The notes beneath the pieces were generated by a model. It saw only the letters and a list, made by a program, of their open reading frames with translations. It was not told the DNA's origin and searched no databases. DNA of 64,000 bases from Escherichia virus TH22. The stretch is from the sequence record MT446396.1. The stretch is one strand, 5' to 3'. Positions 29,073 through 42,720 of the stretch are shown one piece after another. Both the position numbers and the translations under genes were made by a program. Position 1 is the first letter of the stretch. Every line of letters starts with the position of its first letter.

Positions 29073-29110
29073 TATGCTTTTATTTATATCACTGTATAAT
29101 GGTTCTACGG
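29073..29110 (+). promoter_or_regulatory. orphan MotA-box middle-promoter-like element (TGCTT, 13 nt, TATAAT, GGTTCTACGG) pointing antisense into gene 18
   Basis: Same architecture as the uvsY and rnlB middle promoters; no plus-strand gene downstream. Confidence 0.4.
29081..29088 (-). promoter_or_regulatory. late promoter TATAAATA (minus strand) for gene 19
   Basis: Plus-strand TATTTATA in the 18-19 intergenic region. Confidence 0.55.
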
Positions 29111-29145
29111 TTTCTAACTGATTAATTCATTCTAAGCGATGATAA

Positions 29146-31125
29146 TTATTGTGGCCCAATCAGCTCATCAAAATCAGCACCAGTGCTAGTGGCTACGAAG
29201 TTAAGAGTGATGTAGTTGATGCTGCGCGCAGGTTTAAAATAAATGCTAGCAACAAACTCATTTCGGTCTATGACCGACGGGGTGTTGTTAGTAGTATCAC
29301 AAACTACACGACCTTCATAAATGCCACCAAGTGCACGAATACCATCCAAGTATTGAGAAGTTTCCATACGGAATGATGCACGAGTGAAGTTATCGTTAAG
29401 CTCAAACAGTTTATATTTGGATGCATCACCGATATTTTTCTTCAGCATATTCGTAAGACGACGAACGTTAATATGGTCCATCGGAGATGGAACTTTAGTT
29501 GCAGTCTTATCACCATACAGAACAAAACCATCACCACCTGCGAAACCAACAACCGGGTTGATAGCTTCTTGATACATGCGGTCACGTTGGGTCTGACGTG
29601 GTTCAACAGCCAATTTCAGAACGTTCAGAATCTGACCGCGGTTATAACCAGCCGGAGACATCCAAGGCTGAGAAACATCATCAGTACGAGCACACAGACC
29701 AGCCATATCAGCTGCCAGAGGAACCCAACGGTTAACGTCATTATATTTATCATACTGATATTTATAGTTGCCATCAATCGCTGCATAAGTCGTGCTGATA
29801 TTCATGTTATCAGTATCAAATGCGCCAGCACCTGTACGCCAGTCAATCAGGTTATCCACTGCACGGGTCAGAGGAACGTTAACCAACAGACCTTTCGGCG
29901 GGGAAATAAATGCCAGACAATCCTGACGTTCGTCAGCAATAGAAACCACGTGTTTCTGAACAGTGGAAGCGGTTGCATCACCTTCACCAGCTACTGCACC
30001 AGCGATAAGCAGGTTAATATGCAGTGCTTCACGGTCAGCAAACAGGTCCCAACCTTGCATCAAATCACCAGCGGTAATCTTATCGTTTGCAGAAATACCA
30101 CCTGACAGATTGATGATACCACTGAAGCCTGCAGGCCAGTTGCGAGATGTTGCATAGATGTAGTTGGAAGTACCTTTTGCAAAGTAGTCATCCAAGTAAA
30201 TGTTATTACCGTAAACATCTTTTTCGCCCTGCTTGGTAGACAAAACAACGTTTTCGACGATTGCACCATCGCGGCGAACGATAATTGCATATTGGTTTTC
30301 AGACTGTGGGCCATAGTTAAACACGGCACGAGCCACAGAAGCACGCGTTCCGCCGCCCGGGAAAATATTCAGATTTGCAGCTGCGCCTTTTTCAAATTCA
30401 GCTTTAGATACGATTTCAACTTCCAGAGTCGAACCGATTTCACCTGGATAAAGAGCAACAACACCTGGCATTGCATATTTTGCTAATGATGCCTGGAATT
30501 CCAGAGAAGTAATTGCTTCTTCACTATTTTCTGCTTCAGTCAACAGAATGCCAGAATCGGTAACAATTTTCCCAACGGTGATGGTACCAGATACGCCAGA
30601 AGAAGTGGTTGTAACTTCTGCAGTCCATGCACTACCTAAATTAGGATACTGGTTAATAGTTTTGGCAAATGCAATAATCTTATCGGTAGGAATAAAGATT
30701 GCCTGAATTTTACCATCAACGTCGACCTTGGTCACACGGCCAGCCGGTTCAACAACAGTCTGGTTGTGTTTAACCTGAATAACATCACCGACAGCATAGT
30801 TTGTACCAGCAGTTACGATGGTAGTTTCAATATTGCCAGCAATAGGGGATGCGTTTTTAGCTTCGTCACGGTTAACAACACGTACAGTACGGAGGTCGTT
30901 ACCATATTGCAGGAAGTTCATCCCACTCATAAAGTAATCTGCTGTTTCATTATTCGGACCACCAAACAAATCAACAAGTTCAACTTCGTTTGTAATTTGA
31001 GTTACCTGGAAAGCTGGGCCCCACTGGAATTTACCAACCAGCGCCGCACGACCCGTCGCGTTACGAACAACAGTGCTTTGTACCGTTGTTTCTTTGAGCT
31101 CAATGCCCGGGGATAATAAAGCCAT
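29146..31125 (-). CDS. 18: tail sheath protein
   Basis: 659 aa, same length as T4 gp18; synteny; GAGGA Shine-Dalgarno. Confidence 0.95.
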   Translation of the reverse strand: MALLSPGIELKETTVQSTVVRNATGRAALVGKFQWGPAFQVTQITNEVELVDLFGGPNNETADYFMSGMNFLQYGNDLRTVRVVNRDEAKNASPIAGNIETTIVTAGTNYAVGDVIQVKHNQTVVEPAGRVTKVDVDGKIQAIFIPTDKIIAFAKTINQYPNLGSAWTAEVTTTSSGVSGTITVGKIVTDSGILLTEAENSEEAITSLEFQASLAKYAMPGVVALYPGEIGSTLEVEIVSKAEFEKGAAANLNIFPGGGTRASVARAVFNYGPQSENQYAIIVRRDGAIVENVVLSTKQGEKDVYGNNIYLDDYFAKGTSNYIYATSRNWPAGFSGIINLSGGISANDKITAGDLMQGWDLFADREALHINLLIAGAVAGEGDATASTVQKHVVSIADERQDCLAFISPPKGLLVNVPLTRAVDNLIDWRTGAGAFDTDNMNISTTYAAIDGNYKYQYDKYNDVNRWVPLAADMAGLCARTDDVSQPWMSPAGYNRGQILNVLKLAVEPRQTQRDRMYQEAINPVVGFAGGDGFVLYGDKTATKVPSPMDHINVRRLTNMLKKNIGDASKYKLFELNDNFTRASFRMETSQYLDGIRALGGIYEGRVVCDTTNNTPSVIDRNEFVASIYFKPARSINYITLNFVATSTGADFDELIGPQ

Positions 31126-31154
31126 TTTGAGTCCTCTAATAGTTTGCTTTACTT

Positions 31155-33461
<2,307 letters not shown>

Positions 33462-33465
<4 letters not shown>

Positions 33466-34337
33466 AGTGGTACCCTATTTTTTCTTGGGGCTGGCGGTGC
33501 TGGGTCAACCGGTACAGGAATATCCTGCGAATATGTTTGAACAGATTCACCTTGCCAGTCTTCTTGGTCGACGTCTCGTGGAACAGCTTCCGAGTCAACA
33601 GATTCGAAATTGCCCTCCGGTGCAAGCTCTCTGGAATTTGCAAAGAAGTCAAGATAGATAGTACGGATTTCCCCGGCTACTTCCTTGACCGGTGGATATA
33701 ACCAACCGTTAACTTCGAACATAATGGACCATTCGAGTCTACGACGAGTCATTGCATCACCTTCAATTTGCTCATCCATTGCTATGGACTGCAATACGAT
33801 TCTTATATCACGTTCGAACGTAATTTCATTCGTATAAAGTTCAGTGATGGTTGTATTAAAATGTGGCTGGAAGTAAGGCATGATTTGTTCGATAATCTGG
33901 AACATATCATCTTGATGCCTTGTATATATTCCAAGCTCGAAAATCATTTTGACCGGTACAGGAGAATATTGAGATATCTGCTTGCGAGGGTCGTTATTAG
34001 CAAATCGCGCCTGTGTGTGATTCTGGAGAGCCGTTTTATATTGCCCATTATACATCAAGTCAACCATATGTAGGTTCATACGGGGCAATATGGTCTCGAT
34101 TTTAGCCTTCTGAGCAGCACGTTCTTGTGGTGACATGTCAGGAGTCGGTGTATTCTGAATAGCGGTCCATTTTCCAAGCTGCATCATGAATTTTTCTTTT
34201 GAAGCATAAGAAATAGGGACCTTAATATATTTAAGTCCAGTGTCTTCTCTGGTTCTGGCCACTTGTACATGGGAAAATAAATCGCCCATTAAAACGATAT
34301 AGCGACGCAGAGACGAATTATAAAAATGCCCAAACAA
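33462..34337 (-). CDS. 15: tail sheath stabiliser / tail completion protein; apparent TTG start
   Basis: N-terminus [13 protein letters not shown] matches T4 gp15 MFGYFYNSSFRRY as recalled; first codon reads TTG, preceded by GGAGG 5 nt upstream. Confidence 0.85.
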
Positions 34338-34380
34338 AGTAACCTCCAGGCGCCCAGTTCGGGCGCATTAATAAATGTAT

Positions 34381-35166
34381 TTATTCATCAAAGAAACTAT
34401 CGTCAAAGCTATCCTGTTTTGCCTTAGGTGGAGCCTCAAGTCCACGACCATTCTGCACAAAATATGGTTTAACATATTCAGCTGCTTCTGCGTTAATCTC
34501 ATTGGATTCAGCATAAGGGATATCGCTGATATCTGTAAGACCATCGATATTGTGGATTGGTTGTAAATCGAGCTCACTGAATTCTGGAATATTAATACCT
34601 TCATTTCGTTGCAATTCGGGTTTAAGCTCTTCTCCGGAGTAAATGTATTTGCTCGCGGTGATTTTACGGATAGCATTTTGACCTACCTGATAGAATGGGT
34701 CATAAGGTTGCACCCATGTAATTTCGAACAGGCTGTTATCAAGAGGGAAATAAATCAAATCCCCGGCAATAGGTTCAGTTCCATTGCATTGGTGTTTAAA
34801 CAGATTAGGGTTAATGGATATTGTAATTTCATCGTTCACAGTCATACCGAATTTACTAAAGATAGAACCATCACCCTGATATGCATCGAACGTATCCAGA
34901 TATCCAGCAAATTTCCATGCTTTATCAAATTTACTCTGGAGGTCTTCACCAAATAACAAATCCGGTTTAACGAATTGCCTTGGGATATAATAAAGAGACA
35001 TTCCGCGCATCTGAATACTTTCAGCAACAATAGCATCGGCTAAAGTCTGGGTATTTTCATGATGCATAAAGTTTACATAAGGGTTCAATATCTCTGTAGC
35101 ATTGGTATTGTCATACCCGGTCCCGTCTTCGAGCCGGGCGAATAATCTTGCGTCATAAGTAGCCAT
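34381..35166 (-). CDS. 14: neck protein
   Basis: 261 aa (T4 gp14 256 aa); synteny. Confidence 0.85.
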   Translation of the reverse strand: MATYDARLFARLEDGTGYDNTNATEILNPYVNFMHHENTQTLADAIVAESIQMRGMSLYYIPRQFVKPDLLFGEDLQSKFDKAWKFAGYLDTFDAYQGDGSIFSKFGMTVNDEITISINPNLFKHQCNGTEPIAGDLIYFPLDNSLFEITWVQPYDPFYQVGQNAIRKITASKYIYSGEELKPELQRNEGINIPEFSELDLQPIHNIDGLTDISDIPYAESNEINAEAAEYVKPYFVQNGRGLEAPPKAKQDSFDDSFFDE

Positions 35167-36104
35167 TAGCCCACCAATATAGGAGTCGGTGCATCCAGCA
35201 GGTCAAGTTCCTCACGAAGACGTTCTTTTTCCATACGAGCTTCTTCAATTAAACGAACACCATCAACCGTGGTACCACCTGGCATCATCATCCCCTGGTG
35301 TTTAGCCAATACGTTGCCGTTAACTTCCTTAACGAGCGCCGTGGCATAGTCTTTCACCCAACGGTTGTTGTATGCGCCATCTTGAAGTCCAAGGTCCTCA
35401 CCTGCTCTCATGCCGCTTATTCTGCGTGCCGGGTTATCCCACTGTGCGCCAGCATTCCACGGATTATCACAATCGGCCGAAGCAAAACCATATCCAGCTG
35501 TATTACCTACCATTGAATCCACGCCGTTATACGATTTGGTATAAACTTCAATTACAATCACATCTCCCTGACGGAAGTTGCCCATAATTTTAAGTTGTTC
35601 AGTATCGTCATTATACCAGTAATCCGGAAGCGGAACCATCAGGTCTTGCATCATTGAACGATATTGCATAAGCTGTGTAAAATAACCAAGGTCTGCACCA
35701 AAAGCATTTGGACCAAAGCTGTTACATGAGCTACCCATTCCACCGTTAATCCCGGCCAGTCCCAGAACAAAATCTGTGAACCATGGATATGTAGCTTGAC
35801 CATCCATCGAAGTTAATGAACCGACGTTAGTACGAATAATCTGCGTTACTGCAAAAATATTACGGCCTTTTAAATCGAAAACACCATCGCGAAATTTCTG
35901 TTGTGAAACGTCATCATGACCGATATAAAAAGCCTGATAACCTTTGTTATAACCATTATAATGATATTCGCCATATAATTCTAATGCACGCTGGATGCAA
36001 TCATAGACCTGTTCGGTCGTAACTTCGATATTCGTAATTGGAGCACCAAGACGTCGAAGGATTGCATCTTTTAATTGTTTCGGGTTGTATGATTCAGTTG
36101 CCAT
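35166..36104 (-). CDS. 13: neck protein
   Basis: 312 aa (T4 gp13 309 aa); synteny. Confidence 0.85.
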   Translation of the reverse strand: MATESYNPKQLKDAILRRLGAPITNIEVTTEQVYDCIQRALELYGEYHYNGYNKGYQAFYIGHDDVSQQKFRDGVFDLKGRNIFAVTQIIRTNVGSLTSMDGQATYPWFTDFVLGLAGINGGMGSSCNSFGPNAFGADLGYFTQLMQYRSMMQDLMVPLPDYWYNDDTEQLKIMGNFRQGDVIVIEVYTKSYNGVDSMVGNTAGYGFASADCDNPWNAGAQWDNPARRISGMRAGEDLGLQDGAYNNRWVKDYATALVKEVNGNVLAKHQGMMMPGGTTVDGVRLIEEARMEKERLREELDLLDAPTPILVG

Positions 36105-36122
36105 ATGTTTTCCTCTTTACTG

Positions 36123-36130
36123 TATTTATA
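36123..36130 (-). promoter_or_regulatory. late promoter TATAAATA (minus strand) for gene 13
   Basis: Plus-strand TATTTATA 19 nt upstream of the gene 13 ATG. Confidence 0.55.
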
Positions 36131-36132
36131 CG

Positions 36133-36154
36133 AAAAAAGGGCCGAAGCCCTTTT
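36133..36154. terminator. terminator AAAAAA-GGGCC-GAAG-CCC-UUUU after wac
   Basis: Hairpin flanked by A-run and T-run. Confidence 0.7.
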
Positions 36155-36155
36155 G

Positions 36156-37781
36156 TTATGGTCCAACAGTCACGAATGTAGACAAAAGAACCCATGCATT
36201 ATCAACGAGCACATAAGGGAGACCATCAGCTGCAGGAGCGACAGGAGGCCTTTTGGCGAGCTCTGTTTCTAAGGCTGATACTTTACCTTCTAAAGTAGTT
36301 ATCTTCGCCTCGGCCGCATCCAGGCGACCAGGGAGCGGAGTTACTGTACCTTCAAGGGTTGTCACGCGAGTGGTTAATGGTGCAATTTTTGCAGTATCGA
36401 GTTTAATTGCATCAATCTCGGTTCTGGTATCGATAATTTCAGTCCAGTTTCCTTGCTTGCGACCATATAACTTATTGTCCAATGGTGCGTCGTTCAGCTT
36501 GGACGCCATCAGCATATCCAAGTTAATTACAACCGGAAGAACACCACGTTCAGCCACGGTAGCACCGTTAGGGTTTGTACCATTCATCTGGCTAGTTAAA
36601 GTCAAAATAGAGCCTTTCATACCAGTGTTATTTGTACCGATTTCGGCCTGTACATCCTGAAGGCCTGATGCAGTTTCGTTAGCCAGTGTAGTGGTCGCAT
36701 TCAACTTATACGTGATAGTGTTTGGCTCCGGAGATTGCTCTGTACCGATTCTCTGAGAAAGCCATGCAGTGGTTCCGCGTAAACCAGAGCTTGAATCCTG
36801 GCCAACAACAACCTGTAAGCCATTAACATCCGAACGCAAAGCACTGATTCGACCATTAATTGTTAACGGTTCCAGAGCGGTGCCGATATCAGCTTCAACC
36901 TTAGCAAGTCTTGGTTTGATATCCACAATATCTGTTTCATTGACCGAAACACGTCCACCAAGATTTTCAACGCGAGTTGTAATTGCAAGTCCGGTACCAA
37001 AACCAATAGCTTCTTGAATGTTGGCAATATCTTCGTCAATTTCAACTGCTTTACCATCAAGAGTATTCAGTCGAACAAATACAGCCGGTTTACCTGTTGC
37101 TAAAGTAGACTCACCTAATTCTTCACGAATTTTAATTACTTTTACGTTAAGAGAACCAACATCAGAATCATGATAGTTATCTTCAAGAGTCTTAATACGA
37201 ACTCCATGAGCAACAATAGCCGAACTGTTATCGATGATGCGGCGTTTCATGCCTTTTGACGGATTGCCGATAACCTGGAGACCATTTATATCTTGGTCAA
37301 CATACTGGCCTAATTCATTTTTAATCCATACGAGGTCATTACGAACTGTGCGATAATATGAATCGGTTAACGGGTCATAAACACCAACATCTTCTTTTAA
37401 CTTTTTAAGGTCTTCAGATGTTTCGCTTGATAACAATTCGGTATTAAATTGACGTTCATCAAGGTCAAGAATATCCGTACGGTTTTTTTCAATTTGTTTA
37501 ACAACTTCCGTGTTAGTTGTTATATTCAAAGCTTCCTGAATATTATTGACGTTATCAATAATTTCGTTTATTTTTTCTTTAGATGCATTTGAGTTGTCGT
37601 CGAGTGTATCTACGTTTGTTTGAACGCCAACTGCAGCGGCGTTCAAATTACCATCATGACCATATTTGGTACTGGCCGCAGTCATACAATCGCCGTTTTG
37701 TATCCAACGAATTCTCTGTTGACCTTCGTCTGGAATACCGATGCTATACGGCAGTTCTTTGAGACTGAGTTTATTAATCAT
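36156..37781 (-). CDS. wac: fibritin (whiskers) with C-terminal foldon
   Basis: 541 aa from MINKLSLKELP; N-terminal GQQRIRWIQNG and C-terminal DGLPYVLVDNAWVLLSTF resemble T4 fibritin and its foldon as recalled; longer coiled-coil than T4 (487 aa). Confidence 0.85.
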   Translation of the reverse strand: MINKLSLKELPYSIGIPDEGQQRIRWIQNGDCMTAASTKYGHDGNLNAAAVGVQTNVDTLDDNSNASKEKINEIIDNVNNIQEALNITTNTEVVKQIEKNRTDILDLDERQFNTELLSSETSEDLKKLKEDVGVYDPLTDSYYRTVRNDLVWIKNELGQYVDQDINGLQVIGNPSKGMKRRIIDNSSAIVAHGVRIKTLEDNYHDSDVGSLNVKVIKIREELGESTLATGKPAVFVRLNTLDGKAVEIDEDIANIQEAIGFGTGLAITTRVENLGGRVSVNETDIVDIKPRLAKVEADIGTALEPLTINGRISALRSDVNGLQVVVGQDSSSGLRGTTAWLSQRIGTEQSPEPNTITYKLNATTTLANETASGLQDVQAEIGTNNTGMKGSILTLTSQMNGTNPNGATVAERGVLPVVINLDMLMASKLNDAPLDNKLYGRKQGNWTEIIDTRTEIDAIKLDTAKIAPLTTRVTTLEGTVTPLPGRLDAAEAKITTLEGKVSALETELAKRPPVAPAADGLPYVLVDNAWVLLSTFVTVGP

Positions 37782-37789
37782 TTTGGTCC

Positions 37790-39340
37790 TTAGTAATGAA
37801 TTTTGATAATATAGTTTAAAGACATATTCCATGGGCGAGTTTCATAACCAATAAGACCTTCACGGTTTAACGTACCTAAAGCATCTCTGCCGCCACCGAG
37901 TTCAAATCCATCGTTAGTAAAATATGAAGCGTTATCCCAGTCTGCATATTTTCTTGTACCCAGATAACCTTGATAAACTGATGCACCAAATGGAGCTTCG
38001 TTACGTTGGTATTCACCCCAACCACCCGCGTGTTTATGATATGACATTTGCTGAGCTTGTACACCACCGACCCATGAACCATCACAACCAACACCCAAAC
38101 GGTCTTTGCCATAACCATCTTGACCGCGGTTATTCAGAATATGTCCACCGGTACCAGCACCACGAACAAACAAACCACGCATATCAGGAATACCGACGTT
38201 GGTCCAATCGCCACCGAAACGAGTTCCAACAGTATTTCGATAGTCAGGGAATTGGTCACCATTAACGGTGCCGCCGTGACACATAATCCAGCCAGGAGGA
38301 GCACTATCACCTGCGAACATCATCACCGTTCCAACTGGAACCCGTTCAGAAGCATAACGCTGTGTAGAAAGTAATTGACCGCCCATATGAGCTGTATTGG
38401 AATCAAAATTGCCGGTGGAAATATAATCTAAAGAAAGACTTCCATTAATTCGTTGACCACCGCGAGTGTTGATTACATCAGCATTCCAAGCCAGTGCACC
38501 GGCACCATCACCACCAGGAGCAACCCCAGCCTGAGTAGTTAATCTAACGACGCCGCGATTATCGGTTGTGGCTCCACGACCATTAAGAGTTGCGCCAGTT
38601 ACCGCAACACCATCAGCACTGTTATTAATCTCTGACTGATTACCAAGACGAATAATCCCAGCGCGGTCTTGTGTTGCTGTACGAGCATTTAAACCTGCTG
38701 GAGAAATTGCTACACCGTCACCCAGGGTTCCTGCTTGCACTTCAGCATTTGTAGCAATTCGTACTAAACCAGAAACAGTTTGTGTGGCAGTTGAATAAGT
38801 TGGAAGCGCCGCTGTTGCTTTGCCAATTGCCAGAGCAACTTTCAACGGAGACATAGCGGTTGTGTCATCTGTGCCAGCTAAAGCTGCATCCTCGGTACTA
38901 ATACGAAGAACACCCAGGTTATTTTCAGTACCAACACGAACAGTAAAAACATCATCAATTGTTGCTTTTAATGAAGATGGAACAATAGCTGCATCGGTTA
39001 CTGTCCCGGCAATTGCTTCGGCATTGGTTGCATAACGGGTAATACCTACATAAGTTTCTGTAGCTTGCGTAGGAATGTCTAAACGAGCTTTTAAGGTCGC
39101 TGGAGTAACTGCAGAGTCTGGACTAATACCATCAATAACTTCTTGTGTGGTGGCTAGCCTGATGAGTCCTGCGGTCGTTTCGGATGAGGCTGGGATATAT
39201 CCATCTAACGCAATTTTATTAAGAGACCCTAAAGCCTCTTGCACGTTGGTAACAGTCGACGGGAAAGCTGTTCCCGTCGGGTCGAATGTTTTATATTCGG
39301 ATTTATCGCTAATGTGTTTTAGCGTGTTAGTCGTTGTCAT
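37790..39340 (-). CDS. 12: short tail fibre protein
   Basis: 516 aa (T4 gp12 527 aa); synteny. Confidence 0.85.
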   Translation of the reverse strand: MTTTNTLKHISDKSEYKTFDPTGTAFPSTVTNVQEALGSLNKIALDGYIPASSETTAGLIRLATTQEVIDGISPDSAVTPATLKARLDIPTQATETYVGITRYATNAEAIAGTVTDAAIVPSSLKATIDDVFTVRVGTENNLGVLRISTEDAALAGTDDTTAMSPLKVALAIGKATAALPTYSTATQTVSGLVRIATNAEVQAGTLGDGVAISPAGLNARTATQDRAGIIRLGNQSEINNSADGVAVTGATLNGRGATTDNRGVVRLTTQAGVAPGGDGAGALAWNADVINTRGGQRINGSLSLDYISTGNFDSNTAHMGGQLLSTQRYASERVPVGTVMMFAGDSAPPGWIMCHGGTVNGDQFPDYRNTVGTRFGGDWTNVGIPDMRGLFVRGAGTGGHILNNRGQDGYGKDRLGVGCDGSWVGGVQAQQMSYHKHAGGWGEYQRNEAPFGASVYQGYLGTRKYADWDNASYFTNDGFELGGGRDALGTLNREGLIGYETRPWNMSLNYIIKIHY

Positions 39341-40005
39341 TACGATACTCGCTTATAATGGTAAAGTGAAATTGCGCCATCTGCTGTGCCACCTGATAAT
39401 GTCTGGGTTGAAGTTCCAAGATATTCCCAGGAACCATAACCACCGCGCGGTTGCTGTATAATAGTCTGGCTAAGCGTACAACCATATTGAGCAAAAGGTG
39501 CAAAATTATGGTTTTGATAGTCGTTATATGTAATATTTAATATAGACTGGTCTACACTATCAATTGCAGAGCTTGACACAATTAAACTATCAGCAACAGC
39601 CGCCAGCAAAGCATCGTTAACCTTGGAAGCAACTAATACAGCCGAATCCCCGACAATAACCTCAACTGGAATACCAAAAATGAAAAATAAAACAGTATCA
39701 CCAACCCCAGCACCAGAAATAGACCCGGTAAATTTAATTTTATCCGACTGACTGATTGCTGCAGGAGAAAGGTTATTCGTATTAGTAATTACACTGCCAA
39801 CCGGAAGCTCATATCGAAACGCAATATCATCTATTGCGCTCTGAACTGTTGGATAAAAAATACCTTCGGTTGTTTGTGTTGCGGATGGGCCGCCGATTGC
39901 TCGTTGACCCATGACAGCCGTAATATTTTTTGATGTATTTTGAAATTCTAAGCAACTAGCAAGGCGGGAAATTACTCCAGCCTTTTTATTCGTTAATGTT
40001 TTCAT
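39340..40005 (-). CDS. 11: baseplate wedge subunit / short tail fibre attachment
   Basis: 221 aa (T4 gp11 219 aa); synteny. Confidence 0.85.
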   Translation of the reverse strand: MKTLTNKKAGVISRLASCLEFQNTSKNITAVMGQRAIGGPSATQTTEGIFYPTVQSAIDDIAFRYELPVGSVITNTNNLSPAAISQSDKIKFTGSISGAGVGDTVLFFIFGIPVEVIVGDSAVLVASKVNDALLAAVADSLIVSSSAIDSVDQSILNITYNDYQNHNFAPFAQYGCTLSQTIIQQPRGGYGSWEYLGTSTQTLSGGTADGAISLYHYKRVS

Positions 40006-41816
40006 TAAGCAATCCTTACCCAGCGATGAGCAATCAAATATGGAGGCATTGTATAAACCGGTTGAGCTTGAGGGTCTTGCGCCTGATTAATGGTGGCTTT
40101 GTCTTCTCTGTATTTGGTATAGGCTGGACCTTGTGCATCTGGGTCTACCTGACAACCACCGACAACAATCGGGCCATTATCATCAACAACTAAAACCTTC
40201 TCATCAGTTTCAAGTTTAGGTACGTTTATATCTTTAATATGAACTTCAACGCTACCACCTGTACCACCTGCTGTCGCTTGTGGGTTACCACCAGAATCCA
40301 GGTCATTATTGTTTGTATGGAAGTTTGAGGCAGGGTCGTCTGACCAGGCAACAATTACACGTTCTTTCAAACGTTTCCATGAACCAAATCCCATATAAGT
40401 AACCGGGTTATTTGGGTTAACCGTATTTTCGTAAATTGTACCGACCGGATAGAATAATTCAAAGATAACGCCAACAGAAGATGGAACAACTTCCTGAAGA
40501 CCGACTGGTTCAACGTTTGGTGCAAACGGATTATCAAAATCTGTAATACGCACACGACCGGTTAGGCTCAACGTATTTCCCTGAGAAACATAAAGAGTAT
40601 CAGTCTCATCACGGATTTCATCCATGGTCATAGTTGTGCCGATATCGTTATTGTACCAAATGACTGACAGAATATCACCGTCTTCAAATTCACGGTAAAT
40701 GCTAATGCCTTCGATACGGTTATCATCATCAAATTGCAGCAAATAATCCTGGTTTGATTCAGACCAGCTACCACCATTTGCACTACATTCTGCAGCAGTA
40801 GAACCTTGTGCACCTTCACAATAAAATACTGGAGTTCCCGCAGTACCAGCTTGATGTTGCAAAATACTGTTAATGAATACCTGACATGCGTTTGGGTTAA
40901 TTGGGCTACCAGGAGAAATACCAAGTTCTTCAATTGTAAAGGTGTGTTTGGTTGTCAAATCTGTAACAATCAAAGAACCATTAATTGTTGTTTCTTTGGT
41001 CCTGTCTTGACTACGAACAAGTATATCACGACGATTATACGAACTACGCCATTGAGCAATACCATCATTAAATGTTCGGATGATAACAGTATCACCTTCA
41101 GCACATGGCATTTTCAGACGGATGCTTTTACCATCAAGCGCAACGATTTCACCAGGGTTTGCACCAGGGGAACCAAATTCAGCATTCACCGGGTCAAAAA
41201 TATCATCTTTACCATAAAACAGGTCGTTACCACGATGTTTGACTTCTAAGTTCGATACGCTATATGGAATAGCACCAAACACATTGATAAAGTCAGTTTG
41301 TCCTTCGGTGGCAATAAACTGTTGGGATGCAACTGTGGCAACGTCGTTATTTGAAATTTTATCGACTTGTTTATTATCGATATATTCCCAACGACCTGGT
41401 GAACAATATACAAGTTCAAGGTCAGCTAAGTTGCGTTTAATTTCTACTGGATTCGGTGAGCCTTTAATCGTATCCCCGACTGCAGGAACAATTGTCACCG
41501 GGTTGATTTGCCAGGTAGCAAACACATCACGCAAGCGAATTACATAATTGTATTCTTGAGTTGTTCCTTTCGGAAGGACGACTCGAACGGCACCCGCTGA
41601 TGTATCGATGGTATAGCTTCGGCCCATAACAGCGGACAACTCGGTACCTTCTTGCGTAGTCCAAGTTTTCCATGCACCAGCTGCATGGGGATTTTCACCG
41701 TCCCCTAGCTGATAATAAAGGTCATCAAAGTTATTATTTATTTTTTGACCGCCGAGACGAAGGTAATCACCAGTACCATCATCAACCATATTGCCAATTT
41801 TTAAATTCTGTTTCAT
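40005..41816 (-). CDS. 10: baseplate wedge subunit and tail pin
   Basis: 603 aa (T4 gp10 602 aa); synteny. Confidence 0.85.
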   Translation of the reverse strand: MKQNLKIGNMVDDGTGDYLRLGGQKINNNFDDLYYQLGDGENPHAAGAWKTWTTQEGTELSAVMGRSYTIDTSAGAVRVVLPKGTTQEYNYVIRLRDVFATWQINPVTIVPAVGDTIKGSPNPVEIKRNLADLELVYCSPGRWEYIDNKQVDKISNNDVATVASQQFIATEGQTDFINVFGAIPYSVSNLEVKHRGNDLFYGKDDIFDPVNAEFGSPGANPGEIVALDGKSIRLKMPCAEGDTVIIRTFNDGIAQWRSSYNRRDILVRSQDRTKETTINGSLIVTDLTTKHTFTIEELGISPGSPINPNACQVFINSILQHQAGTAGTPVFYCEGAQGSTAAECSANGGSWSESNQDYLLQFDDDNRIEGISIYREFEDGDILSVIWYNNDIGTTMTMDEIRDETDTLYVSQGNTLSLTGRVRITDFDNPFAPNVEPVGLQEVVPSSVGVIFELFYPVGTIYENTVNPNNPVTYMGFGSWKRLKERVIVAWSDDPASNFHTNNNDLDSGGNPQATAGGTGGSVEVHIKDINVPKLETDEKVLVVDDNGPIVVGGCQVDPDAQGPAYTKYREDKATINQAQDPQAQPVYTMPPYLIAHRWVRIA

Positions 41817-42685
41817 TATACCGGTACTCCGATTGTTTGGGCGGAAATTACTTTAATAGCGAGCTTCATGGCAGTGGGTGAGCTTATAGCCGCCTGTATG
41901 ATGTCCTGGTTATCAATTCTAAAATCGATAGCATATATCTCATCATCGTCGTTAGCTTGTCCACGTCTGATTACAGCGTATTCTGTGCTATATACCTTGC
42001 GGTCCTTAAGGTCGATGTAAAGTAACATTTCTGATGCTTTGTATTTAGTTTCGTCTGTTGAAATAGCCGTAAGCATCAATTTGATAGTTTTATAATCTGC
42101 GCGGTAAGCGATTGGAATATCACGAACAACCGAGCTCATATTGTATGTTTTGTCGAGCAATACAGATTGGTTACCAAACATACTTTCAATTTTGTAGTCC
42201 CAGGTCCCTACGCCGTTAGCATCGTCAATACACCACAATGTAATTTTTGTATAAGGCTGAGTAAATTTCATTTTGTTCGTTGCAGCGGTCAGGAATGAAT
42301 CCGTGCCTTGTAGTTCAACTTCCAGAGGCATCGAGGTAGATAATGAACCATTGGAGTTAATAAAGATAACACCTTCGCCTGCTTTACCTTTTGCAATTCT
42401 TGCGGTGATAACACCTTCGGCAGTATTGACATCACGCATAGAACCGAGAGCAACAGTTGAGTTCCATTCGATGATATTTGTAGCTTTTTGATAGTACCCA
42501 GTCGCATGAAGGACCTGGGTGTTTTCTCCATTGTTCACAGAGTACAGACGTTGGTCGCCAAATGTATTATACAAACTGTCTAAATCCACGTTCAGTTTAC
42601 GACCGCCTTCATATAGAATATCACCGGTGCTAGCGTTACCAATCTCGCCGATGTCTACTAATAATTTTGGGGTTTGATTAATCAT
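41816..42685 (-). CDS. 9: baseplate wedge, long tail fibre socket
   Basis: 289 aa (T4 gp9 288 aa); synteny. Confidence 0.85.
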   Translation of the reverse strand: MINQTPKLLVDIGEIGNASTGDILYEGGRKLNVDLDSLYNTFGDQRLYSVNNGENTQVLHATGYYQKATNIIEWNSTVALGSMRDVNTAEGVITARIAKGKAGEGVIFINSNGSLSTSMPLEVELQGTDSFLTAATNKMKFTQPYTKITLWCIDDANGVGTWDYKIESMFGNQSVLLDKTYNMSSVVRDIPIAYRADYKTIKLMLTAISTDETKYKASEMLLYIDLKDRKVYSTEYAVIRRGQANDDDEIYAIDFRIDNQDIIQAAISSPTAMKLAIKVISAQTIGVPV

Positions 42686-42712
42686 AGGTAAGCCTCGTTA
42701 TTGATATAGCTA

Positions 42713-42720
42713 TATTTATA
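42713..42720 (-). promoter_or_regulatory. late promoter TATAAATA (minus strand) for gene 9
   Basis: Plus-strand TATTTATA about 28 nt upstream of the gene 9 ATG. Confidence 0.55.

Noticed and set aside
34352-34368. Hairpin GCGCCC-AGTT-GGGCGC between genes 14 and 15, as a possible terminator
   Set aside because: No flanking U-run, and it lies just upstream of the gene 15 ribosome-binding site; probably an intercistronic structure.
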